Shown here in pieces: positions 7,701 to 14,792 of a stretch of 42,295 nt of DNA. The stretch is from Euryarchaeota archaeon UBA126 (GTDB lineage: Archaea > Thermoplasmatota > Poseidoniia > Poseidoniales > Thalassarchaeaceae). The stretch's first letter is position 1. Every line of letters begins with the position of its first letter. The position numbers and the translations under genes are program-made. The stretch covers positions 55,443 through 97,737 of the forward strand of contig DAMG01000079.1 of the NCBI GenBank assembly GCA_002497025.1. The letters are read 5' to 3'. Below the pieces are notes generated by a model, which searched no databases, was not told the origin of the DNA, and was given only the letters and a program-made list of their open reading frames with translations.

Positions 7701-10529
7701 CCAAATAATCCAGATTCCGATGGTGATTCCCTGCCAGATGGTTGGGAGGCTCGCTATCAATGTTCATGGGGTAGAAATAATCGTGGAATTAATCCACTAA
7801 ATGGGTCCGATGCGCTAAACAATCCAGACGGGGATGGATTTGATGTCAACCATGATGGCATCTTAGATCTTAACGAAAGCCTTGTAAATTGGCTTGAATA
7901 CCACCTTAAGGATCAAATCATCTATTCTGATTCAACTGACTCTGGACTTTCTTTCCCAGATAATTTTACAACTTTACTTACTCATGAATCTTGGTTCGGA
8001 TTTGCCGGCGATTCCTTCGGCGCCCAAACTAGTACAGCATATCGTAGCCTAGTTAATGGTACAACCAGTGAGGATGTTGGCGCCGCCAACCCTCTTGATT
8101 CTGATTCTGATAGAGATGGTATCCCTGATGGATGGGAATTCTACCATGCAAGATGGAGTTTATTTGATGAATCTTGGACATTAAATCCTGTGAATGAAGG
8201 AGATCAGGTCGGCGACCCAGATGGAGATGGGATGAATAATTGGGAAGAGTACAACGTAATTGATGGTAATTTTAGTGAAATTGACGACCTTACAACAGTT
8301 CCTCAATTTTACTTACTTCATGTCGGGGGAGAATTACTTGCAACCCCTTGGTTATCTGCAGAATCTACACTTTCATTCGGAACCTTCCTCAGTGAGGAAG
8401 ACATACAACTCAGAGGCTATACTGCTGATCCCAATGAACCCGACACCGATGGAGATGGTTTGCTCGATGGGATTGAATTGATGTTTACTAGATGGAATGC
8501 AACCGATGAAACATGGACACTTAATCCACTAATCTCTGGTGATGGTAATTACGATTCTGACCGAGATGGAATCACAGACTTAGTGGAATTGAACCTTACT
8601 AATAAAAACCCACAGAATGGTGGTCTATCACCTCCTGACGCGCCTAGATTATGGGAAGAAGCGGAATCTCTAGACCCCGATGAAGCGGTAAATCGAGTCT
8701 ACCGTATTCTCTTCAACAAGGAAGGTAGAGCTGAGATTGCACTAGAGCAATTCGATGATTGGCAAAATGGAGAACCTGCAAAACCACTTCTTGTTGCTTT
8801 ACTAGGGATAACTGATCCTAATTCTGATGATACCGATCGAGACGGTATGAGTGACGGATACGAGTATTGGTTCACTGAATGGGATTTGGAGGATAACATC
8901 TGGACAATGAATCCACTAACAGATACAGATATTCACGTTGATAGTGATGAGGACTCATTTGATTGTAATGGGGATGGATATATTTCTGATTCGGAATCAT
9001 TCGATAACCTGGCTGAGTATGATTCTCGTGTATATGGCAAGCGCTCGGCTATTGATACGATTCCAAATGGAACAGGGTTGGTATCTTACGGTCTAGATAC
9101 AATCACTGCATACATGCAAGAAAGAGGTATGTCTGAGCAGGCGGCAGCCGATCAATTGTGGATTCTATTTTCAACCAAGAACATCGAATCAAGCGATAGG
9201 GCTGGTCTGATTAATGCAATAGATCCTGATAATTTTAATTTCAGTCTAGCAGGTGTATCTGACCCAACAAATCCTGACTCCGATAGCGATGGCTTACCCG
9301 ATGGTTGGGAATTTTGCTACTCGATTTATGGCGAATGGCTCCCAGTGAATCAATATAGGTGGTCGTTAAACCCACTAAATCCGTTGGATATTGACTATGA
9401 TCCAGATGCCGATGGTTGGTATGACAGAACAATTTTCGACACACCCGGCGAACAAGGAGTTTGGGATAATAGAGAGTTTACCCCAGCTTCTCCCAATCAA
9501 CAGATTCTTCCTTCCAACTCCGAGTTGTACTTCACCAATCTAATGGAATACAATAACGGAACCCATCCGTTAGAATTGGATAGCGATGATGATTCAATGG
9601 TAATGGAGCCAGTATTCAGTGGTGGTATAGTTATTGATTATGTTCAGAATCTCAATCTCTCAGATGGCCGTGAGGTATTCAAATATGGAACAAATCCTCT
9701 AGACAATGATACCGACGGAGATATGATGCCCGACTTTTATGAGTATTATAGAGGGTGGAATGAAACCAATGATAATTGGTCATCTTATCTAGAAATCTCT
9801 GTAGTCTGGTACCAAGTCACTCCTAATGTATTGAAACCTGTAAAAGTCAATGGAGGAACGATTGCTAGACCTGAACTTGAGTATACTTGGTTCACTCACG
9901 ACGCCACAGACCCTAGTGATGCAGGGCAAGATGCGGATAATGATGGAGGTTGGGACTGTACAGGAGGAAACTGTGTCTACGTACCATACAATAATTTTCA
10001 AGAATATTACGGAGTAGTGAACGCGACACTTTCGTCTCCAACATTGGTTAGACAGGCCAATCTATACGATTGTTCAGGAAATATTGTTCAGGAATGGTGG
10101 CAATTAAGGGAATCACTGCTTGGAACCTGTGGAGGGGCTGCTGCATTACAAAGCAATTACATGAGAATGTACAAGGTAAATAATGACGATTTACTCTATG
10201 CGTACATCGTAAATGATAACGATATTGATTATCAATATCTAGATGAATCAGATGATGAAATTATCGTCAATGGCGAATGGACTGACAACTACCAACGCTT
10301 TGCTGGAGACCGTTATCATTATCCAAACACTGGTTTGGGTGAATATGTTTGGGGTTGGTGGATAATTGATATCGATGGAGATCAAATTGCTGATGGAACT
10401 GACCCAACCAATTGGGACACAGATGGCGATTGGGCCAACGATTTCTTCGAAATTGAAGATGATATGTTAGATGGAGTACGAGGCAATTCTGGTTCACCAA
10501 TTCGATATGATGATCGTACAACAAATTGA
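4776..10529 (+). CDS. Giant secreted protein: signal peptide, thrombospondin-type-3-like Ca-binding repeats, central beta-propeller-like region, then many more TSP3-like repeats
   Basis: 1917 aa. The N-terminus RRKQTAFFVTLLILSSLVFVSQ is signal-like (alternative ATG at 4797). There are more than 20 DxDxDG-type acidic loops (DTDGDG, DSDLDG, DSDRDG, DADGDG and others), seven followed by PDG[WY]E. Aa ~345-750 (nt ~5810-7025) lack these loops and instead carry six LVGSAYGITAI / ILGTNHGIHSL / IVGTDSGMIRW / WLGTPGGIHLI / LLGSRDGTWAL / LFAGVSPGEYM blade-like repeats. No C-terminal TM. Confidence 0.85.
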   Translation: MSTRGHTMRRKQTAFFVTLLILSSLVFVSQTRPQAPVSSVDPPDLPGSGPMAVDQDEDLIPDIHEVIFSEARHIDTPFGVVVVEGLDPMNGSDNITDFDRDGASALMEYCWPWTLETCFTERLSLTGKSPDETESGFREYLDPRESDTDGDGLPDGYEIYMCTEGGAGYQNPATSEWTCLYFDPLDDSDTFEDADLCVEQASEWGCGDGFDVNRDGEIDLDERYTNSEEYWFGTPSDWLTERDGLWCAGIMPNLHPDACQDEIVRPTGDDGWLGSDPRRMDSDHYTWSELLPTSLAVPGDGIPDGWEAYYGLDPRNASDATLDSDSDGWDIDRDGFIIPDSSIATARWGEAFSNYEEYLIHMDSGHWVRPGLRGTILTSQSDEVMLFDQGTNPMLVDGRVHTVLSDNPRDRLLVGSAYGITAINPFERISSTFELPNGMELFTMMRWNPSSEDYLILGTNHGIHSLILENGLPQMDTLSASNIGPVQVIEPLQTGSGDLDLILLGHGSNAWRMTISEPSSGTGNPDFSEVIAIEELTQMLDIVGASFTEVIHVPMSGRGPMLIVGTDSGMIRWDTTDGTSSIGQPFWIYTTEDAEEYVQFADLLNQSKSAVVNVMELAGPVATDGSLEEVTGVWLGTPGGIHLIDLDLFVGLPKQAFITDRMFNLERWEEGANDIYSIHAIDGKILLGSRDGTWALEGGSQGVLGIVENQTRMPGLVTSLTTFIHDGNQYLFAGVSPGEYMNLMPINPKSIDSDLDGMPDGWEFVYGLDPTDPYDRVRDADADGVYFDIDGVSFNREWSNLDEYRFVNTSEGGFSGTDPRNIDTDGDGLTDGQEYWGWFADSTDFSCHYLNEEYICDDEVGEDALEVHLSGWLNSGAGGGTDGPTDPTSLDSDGDGMPDGWEIEHRRWIGDVYTGGNLWTLDPRDPSDATMDADGDGLDNVCEYKWGLYVESVALEGLPTHGENASAAQSWTKTDPNNPDSDGDSLPDGWEARYQCSWGRNNRGINPLNGSDALNNPDGDGFDVNHDGILDLNESLVNWLEYHLKDQIIYSDSTDSGLSFPDNFTTLLTHESWFGFAGDSFGAQTSTAYRSLVNGTTSEDVGAANPLDSDSDRDGIPDGWEFYHARWSLFDESWTLNPVNEGDQVGDPDGDGMNNWEEYNVIDGNFSEIDDLTTVPQFYLLHVGGELLATPWLSAESTLSFGTFLSEEDIQLRGYTADPNEPDTDGDGLLDGIELMFTRWNATDETWTLNPLISGDGNYDSDRDGITDLVELNLTNKNPQNGGLSPPDAPRLWEEAESLDPDEAVNRVYRILFNKEGRAEIALEQFDDWQNGEPAKPLLVALLGITDPNSDDTDRDGMSDGYEYWFTEWDLEDNIWTMNPLTDTDIHVDSDEDSFDCNGDGYISDSESFDNLAEYDSRVYGKRSAIDTIPNGTGLVSYGLDTITAYMQERGMSEQAAADQLWILFSTKNIESSDRAGLINAIDPDNFNFSLAGVSDPTNPDSDSDGLPDGWEFCYSIYGEWLPVNQYRWSLNPLNPLDIDYDPDADGWYDRTIFDTPGEQGVWDNREFTPASPNQQILPSNSELYFTNLMEYNNGTHPLELDSDDDSMVMEPVFSGGIVIDYVQNLNLSDGREVFKYGTNPLDNDTDGDMMPDFYEYYRGWNETNDNWSSYLEISVVWYQVTPNVLKPVKVNGGTIARPELEYTWFTHDATDPSDAGQDADNDGGWDCTGGNCVYVPYNNFQEYYGVVNATLSSPTLVRQANLYDCSGNIVQEWWQLRESLLGTCGGAAALQSNYMRMYKVNNDDLLYAYIVNDNDIDYQYLDESDDEIIVNGEWTDNYQRFAGDRYHYPNTGLGEYVWGWWIIDIDGDQIADGTDPTNWDTDGDWANDFFEIEDDMLDGVRGNSGSPIRYDDRTTN

Positions 10530-10571
10530 GCACAACCTATTCGGTTGGTTCATCAGCAAAGTTAGCGAGGG

Positions 10572-11048
10572 TTGACTGTGGACGAGAATGCCAAGATACC
10601 AGCCGTTGATGCCCCAATCGAGGAAAGGTTGCTATTCCTGCAAGAAAACATGGTCAATTTTGTTAAGCAGTATAATCTTCCTGTGATTGAAGTATCGTTG
10701 GTGGTTTCAAAATACATCAGAGTTCTACTAGAATCACTCGAGCGGGCAGCATCTGAGAGTGGAGAAAAGATCCCCGAAAATATGTCTCAAGCATGGGAAA
10801 TTGATACCGATTTGAGCGCTCCTACAATAGAATCGTTTCCGTTGGACAAACTACTTGGAACATTAGATGAAGATAGAATGGACATCCTAGATACTATGAT
10901 GAGAGTAATTATCAATGGCGCAGAGATTCCATTTTCCTCAGCGCTTACCCTACTTCGAGATTGGGAAATGCGATTGAGGATTCAGATGGCCGAAGCGACA
11001 AGCCCCGGACACCTATTTAGTCCGATGGACTTGCCAGAGGGATTCTAG
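10572..11048 (+). CDS. Hypothetical acidic cytoplasmic protein (158 aa)
   Basis: ORF with a TTG start (GTG alternative at 10578), 42 nt downstream of the giant gene. No signal peptide or recognisable motif. Its stop overlaps the stop of the convergent trhO gene in a shared CTAG. Confidence 0.5.
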   Translation: MTVDENAKIPAVDAPIEERLLFLQENMVNFVKQYNLPVIEVSLVVSKYIRVLLESLERAASESGEKIPENMSQAWEIDTDLSAPTIESFPLDKLLGTLDEDRMDILDTMMRVIINGAEIPFSSALTLLRDWEMRLRIQMAEATSPGHLFSPMDLPEGF

Positions 11049-11866
11049 TTTTTCTCAATACAATAAGGACAAGATTTGGTAAGGACATATTGCTCACTTT
11101 CCATTTCTTCTTCTGTCAAAGGCTCTCTGCAAGCCCAGCACATCTGAGTTGTAGTTTCTTCCAATGCCGGGTCTATGGCAACCCTTCTATCAAAAACGAA
11201 ACAATCGCCGTTCCAATGATCGCCCCCTACCTCTTCGAAGTAACCGAGGATACCTCCATCCAATTGTCTCACATCCGACCATCCTTGTTGCATCATAACA
11301 GCACTTGCTTTTTCACAACGAATGCCCCCCGTACAAAACATTACTACAGTCTGATTTTTGTCTATTTCAGACTCAGCTACAGCATCTGGGAATGCTCTGA
11401 ATGTCGATAAATCGAGGTCTATTGCGCCTTCGAATGTACCCAGTCGAACCTCGTAATCATTCCTGGTATCTAGCACAATAATTTCTCTCCCTTGGTCTAA
11501 CCATGTTTTGAATTCCTGAGGGGTAATTGATTCGCCGGTCTTTTCTGCAGGACGAATTGAATCAAGACCTAAAGAAATTATTTCATTCTTCAACCTAACA
11601 TTCATTCTCCTAAATGACATTCTATCGCTATAGGATATTTTCAGCGGAATCCCTTGGAATCTCTCATCGGATTCGAGGTATTGTAAAAATTGGTCTACTG
11701 CTGATTGTTTTCCTGATAGAAAGAAGTTGATTCCCTCGTGGCTTAACAAAATTGTACCTAGCAAACCAACTTTATCACAAGTAGATTTGAAAGGTTCGCG
11801 AAGTGCGTCACGGTCTGGGAGATCAACGAAACGATATCCTGCAATATTCACGATTTCGCTAGTCAC
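11045..11866 (-). CDS. trhO: Rhodanese-domain tRNA uridine(34) hydroxylase, TrhO/YceA (UPF0176) family
   Basis: VNIAGYRFVDL...LLSHEGINFF...MFCTGGIRCEKAS...CFVFDRRVA plus a C-terminal Cys cluster (CWACREP...CPYC) match the YceA/TrhO layout, with CTGGIRCEK as the rhodanese active-site loop. I prefer the GTG at 11866 as start. It is preceded by AGGTGG (SD-like) and lies 8 nt after the stop of the upstream ORF. In-frame ATGs at 11920 and 11998 would overlap that ORF. Confidence 0.8.
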   Translation of the reverse strand: MTSEIVNIAGYRFVDLPDRDALREPFKSTCDKVGLLGTILLSHEGINFFLSGKQSAVDQFLQYLESDERFQGIPLKISYSDRMSFRRMNVRLKNEIISLGLDSIRPAEKTGESITPQEFKTWLDQGREIIVLDTRNDYEVRLGTFEGAIDLDLSTFRAFPDAVAESEIDKNQTVVMFCTGGIRCEKASAVMMQQGWSDVRQLDGGILGYFEEVGGDHWNGDCFVFDRRVAIDPALEETTTQMCWACREPLTEEEMESEQYVLTKSCPYCIEKN

Positions 11867-11874
11867 GCAACCAC

Positions 11875-12204
11875 CTAACTGGACTCTGCTCGTGCTACTA
11901 TACCGCTTGAAACCCACCATGCATCTCCAATAGACCAAATATAGAGCACGGGCCACAGTATAACGGTGAGAATGAGTGGGAATTGAACCGCGAACCAACT
12001 AGCAGCTTTTCGATGTTGTCGATTGAAATGTTGGCCGATGAATAAGAATGGAATCAAAGCCAAAGCAATAGCAATTAATGGCCTCAATGCACCCCATGGT
12101 CCGATACCACCACTGATTTCGTACCAGATTACTTTGACGACACCGAGAGGGTTTGTACTGCCCCCCTCGTCATCGACAACTTCGACGACGTAATCCGCAC
12201 TCAT
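11875..12204 (-). CDS. Small integral membrane protein (hypothetical)
   Basis: At least two hydrophobic helices (LRPLIAIALALIPFLFIG, FAVQFPLILTVILWPVLYIW). The ATG at 12204 is chosen as start; the ORF track starts at a TTG at 12258. Directly upstream of trhO on the same strand. Confidence 0.5.
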   Translation of the reverse strand: MSADYVVEVVDDEGGSTNPLGVVKVIWYEISGGIGPWGALRPLIAIALALIPFLFIGQHFNRQHRKAASWFAVQFPLILTVILWPVLYIWSIGDAWWVSSGIVARAESS

Positions 12205-12289
12205 TACCCCCTGGTCAGACCTTTGCCGAATGAATATGACGATTCCCTGACCACGCAAGACACAACTATGGAGGACCCTTCGGAAGTAC

Positions 12290-13270
12290 GTGAAACCCCG
12301 AGTTCTGCTAACATCATTCCCAGCATTTGGGGGACACGATGATAATGTTTCGATGAAAGTAATGCAAGCTATCGAATCTATTGGAATAACTGGAATTACA
12401 CTAGTAACTGAATTATTGACATGTGATGAGGTTGGTTCACGAAGAGTTTCTGAATCAATAAATCAGGGAGAGAAATTTAACGCAATCATTCAACTTGGAT
12501 TAGCCGAATCTCGAAAGTCAATCTCATTGGAACGGTGGGCTCACAATGAATCTAATTTCAGGATTGCAGATAACTCAGGAAGGTTGGTTAATGAAATTGT
12601 TATTGAGGGTGCTCCTTCAAAGTATGAGACGACGGCTTCAAAGCATATCTTGGATGAGGAGTTTGAGGGCGAAGAAGATGTAGTTTGGAGTGAATCTGCT
12701 GGTCAATTTGTCTGCAATGAAACAATCTATAGGACATTAAATTCGATAGACTCAGTTGGAGAAAAAATTCCGGCGATTTTTATCCATTTACCACCTGAAT
12801 CTGAGGTGTCACTTGAAAGGCAAATGGAAGTACTCACTCGTATAATCGAGACACTAGCGACAAAACCTAGGTTAGAAGTAGTAGGCGCACTGTTATTCGA
12901 TTCTCATGGACGAATTATGGCATGTAGGAGACCACCTCAGGATGTTTGGGCTGGTTGGTGGGAATTTCCTGGTGGAAAGATCGATGAGGGAGAAACTGAG
13001 AAGGAGGCTTTACGCAGAGAAATTTCGGAAGAACTAGGCATTATTGTTGAACCAAATAGTCGAGTTGCATACCTTCAACATGAGTACGAAGATCGTTTTG
13101 TTTCATTATCTATCTGGGATTGTGGCGTTGTCAATCCGCAATTAATTGATGCTAAGGAACACGATTTGATTTGTTGGCTAGATCAACCTTCACTCAATTC
13201 GGTGAAGTGGCTTCCTGCTGATGAACCTTTGATTGAAGAATGGATAAAATCAGGAATACCTCAATCTTGA
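12290..13270 (+). CDS. Fusion protein: pyroglutamyl-peptidase I (peptidase C15) domain + Nudix (MutT-like) hydrolase domain
   Basis: GTG start; N-terminus VKPRVLLTSFPAFGG. The C15 catalytic triad is in the expected contexts: E81 in LERWAHN (nt 12530), C142 in GQFVCNE (nt 12713) and H166 in IFIHLP (nt 12785). Aa ~195-326 carry the Nudix box GGKIDEGETEKEALRREISEELGI (nt ~12971-13042). Confidence 0.8.
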   Translation: MKPRVLLTSFPAFGGHDDNVSMKVMQAIESIGITGITLVTELLTCDEVGSRRVSESINQGEKFNAIIQLGLAESRKSISLERWAHNESNFRIADNSGRLVNEIVIEGAPSKYETTASKHILDEEFEGEEDVVWSESAGQFVCNETIYRTLNSIDSVGEKIPAIFIHLPPESEVSLERQMEVLTRIIETLATKPRLEVVGALLFDSHGRIMACRRPPQDVWAGWWEFPGGKIDEGETEKEALRREISEELGIIVEPNSRVAYLQHEYEDRFVSLSIWDCGVVNPQLIDAKEHDLICWLDQPSLNSVKWLPADEPLIEEWIKSGIPQS

Positions 13271-13779
13271 TCTATATTCATCGTTCTCCTTCCTTTATTG
13301 TCGAACCATTCGATTGGTGTTCCATCTTGATCCATACTCAGGTCATCTCCCAAACTTCTAGGGATGCTATGTCTCCCTTCATGCCAGGTTAATTGTTCAA
13401 GCCATAAACCTAGATCATCGCCTTGCAATGAAACTTCCATAACTCCTCCAAGAGGAAGTTCTTCGACTACAAATGCCACCTTACCTGCAAATGCGGCCTG
13501 CCTAGATAATTGAAAGTGAGTAGTATCTTTTTGTAGATTCATCGTCATTACATCAAAAGCAGTATCTAATATACGATTATTTGAACAATATTCTATTATT
13601 CCTGATAAAGACTGAGATTTCCCGGATAGTTCAATCTCCTCTCGGGTTACTGGAAAAGTGTCTTCTACCTCTGAAATTTCGCAATTCCAATCAGGGAATA
13701 GTAACCTAATTGCCTTCTCAACGAGGGTGGTATCCTCGTGGATTTTGACTATGGTGGAGACCGTTATTTCCGGGTCCAT
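13261..13779 (-). CDS. Conserved hypothetical cytoplasmic protein; possibly UPF0201/COG1931-like (predicted archaeal RNA-binding protein)
   Basis: 172 aa. The strings IHEDTTLVEKAIRLLFPD, NRILDTAFDVM, FQLSRQAAFAGKVAF and LPLGGVMEV resemble, from memory only, the conserved blocks of the archaeal UPF0201 family. This is not verified. Overlaps the 3' end of the convergent Pcp-Nudix gene by 10 nt. Confidence 0.55.
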   Translation of the reverse strand: MDPEITVSTIVKIHEDTTLVEKAIRLLFPDWNCEISEVEDTFPVTREEIELSGKSQSLSGIIEYCSNNRILDTAFDVMTMNLQKDTTHFQLSRQAAFAGKVAFVVEELPLGGVMEVSLQGDDLGLWLEQLTWHEGRHSIPRSLGDDLSMDQDGTPIEWFDNKGRRTMNIDQD

Positions 13780-13874
13780 ATCTAGACGAGGATGTGTTCA
13801 GGTCATGATTGCTATGGATAATCGGTCTCCCATGACCACGAATAATTCAAACCATTGATTTGGTAGCCCAGTGT

Positions 13875-14738
13875 ATGGTACAGCGTTCTCCGTTGATTAG
13901 CGCGGGTCTGCTACTAGCACCTACGATATGTGTGGTTGCGCTTAGGTTTGGCCTTCCAAACATTGATGAATTACTCAAACAAGACCTCTTTGCGCAAGTG
14001 ATTATTCACACTATTGCGATAATTTTAGGGATAATTATGTACTTTAGATATCGAGTTGTTGAGGATCATGAATATCACCGCTCTAGTGCAATTAAGGGGC
14101 TATCGAGTATGTACCGACTTGAGGATAAGGGGCTATGGAGTCGTGGGGATGCGGCATTGGAAAAATTAGAGTCTCAAGCCAGTAGTGAACCTAGAGGAAG
14201 AGCCGGCTTACGATTCCAAAAGAGAATGAGCGGTAGGATATCAGATTTGAATAAGGAAGGGTCAGAACTCGAATTAGATTCTGAAGATTCTAGGATGGAT
14301 GTAGATGTACAGGTAGAAGGCGCATCATACAATTCCGATTCAAGTGAAACTCAATCAGAAGAAGTTAGTGAGCCCACCGGAGCTTTAGGGGCCAGTGCGG
14401 AAGCTTCAGCTCAACGACGCCTCGCAAAAGAATTGTACCGCCGAGAAAAGCAAGCTGCAAAAGATGAGAAGAAGGCAAAAAAGCAGGCTAAGAAGGAAGC
14501 AAAGGCCGCTGCAAAGGTAGAAAAAATTGCGGCTAAGGCTGCTGCAAAAGCGGAAAAAGAAGCGGCAAAGAGATCTAAATTGCCACCTACAAAAACTAAC
14601 TGGGATGCAAAGGAAGACACACAATGGCAATCTACGGCTGCTTCATCTATTTCCAAATCTGTAATATCTTGTCAAGAGTGCGGAGCCGTAAACAATAGCG
14701 GCACCGCATACTGTAGTAGTTGCGGTGCTTTCCTGTAA
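13875..14738 (+). CDS. Membrane-anchored protein with an acidic linker, a K/A-rich (H1-tail-like) segment and a C-terminal zinc ribbon
   Basis: Two N-terminal hydrophobic helices (LISAGLLLAPTICVVAL, VIIHTIAIILGIIMYF). An S/E/D-rich region is followed by RRLAKELYRREKQAAKDEKKAKKQAKKEAKAAAKVEKIAAKAAAKAEKEAAK (nt ~14415-14579). The protein ends CQECGAVNNSGTAYCSSCG (nt ~14670-14726). ATG 13875 is preferred over TTG 13860. Confidence 0.65.
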   Translation: MVQRSPLISAGLLLAPTICVVALRFGLPNIDELLKQDLFAQVIIHTIAIILGIIMYFRYRVVEDHEYHRSSAIKGLSSMYRLEDKGLWSRGDAALEKLESQASSEPRGRAGLRFQKRMSGRISDLNKEGSELELDSEDSRMDVDVQVEGASYNSDSSETQSEEVSEPTGALGASAEASAQRRLAKELYRREKQAAKDEKKAKKQAKKEAKAAAKVEKIAAKAAAKAEKEAAKRSKLPPTKTNWDAKEDTQWQSTAASSISKSVISCQECGAVNNSGTAYCSSCGAFL

Positions 14739-14792
14739 GCATTCCAATGGGTTGAAAACAGGTGCTTTGGCGTAATTGGTTGTGGTGGTCCC

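Noticed and set aside
14406-14656. Repetitive GCA/AAG-rich DNA with two antisense ORFs; considered as a tandem repeat or array
   Set aside because: The periodicity is codon-level (Ala/Lys/Glu) inside a longer ORF that carries TM helices and a zinc ribbon. There are no spacer-repeat units or exact DNA repeats, so it is coding low complexity.
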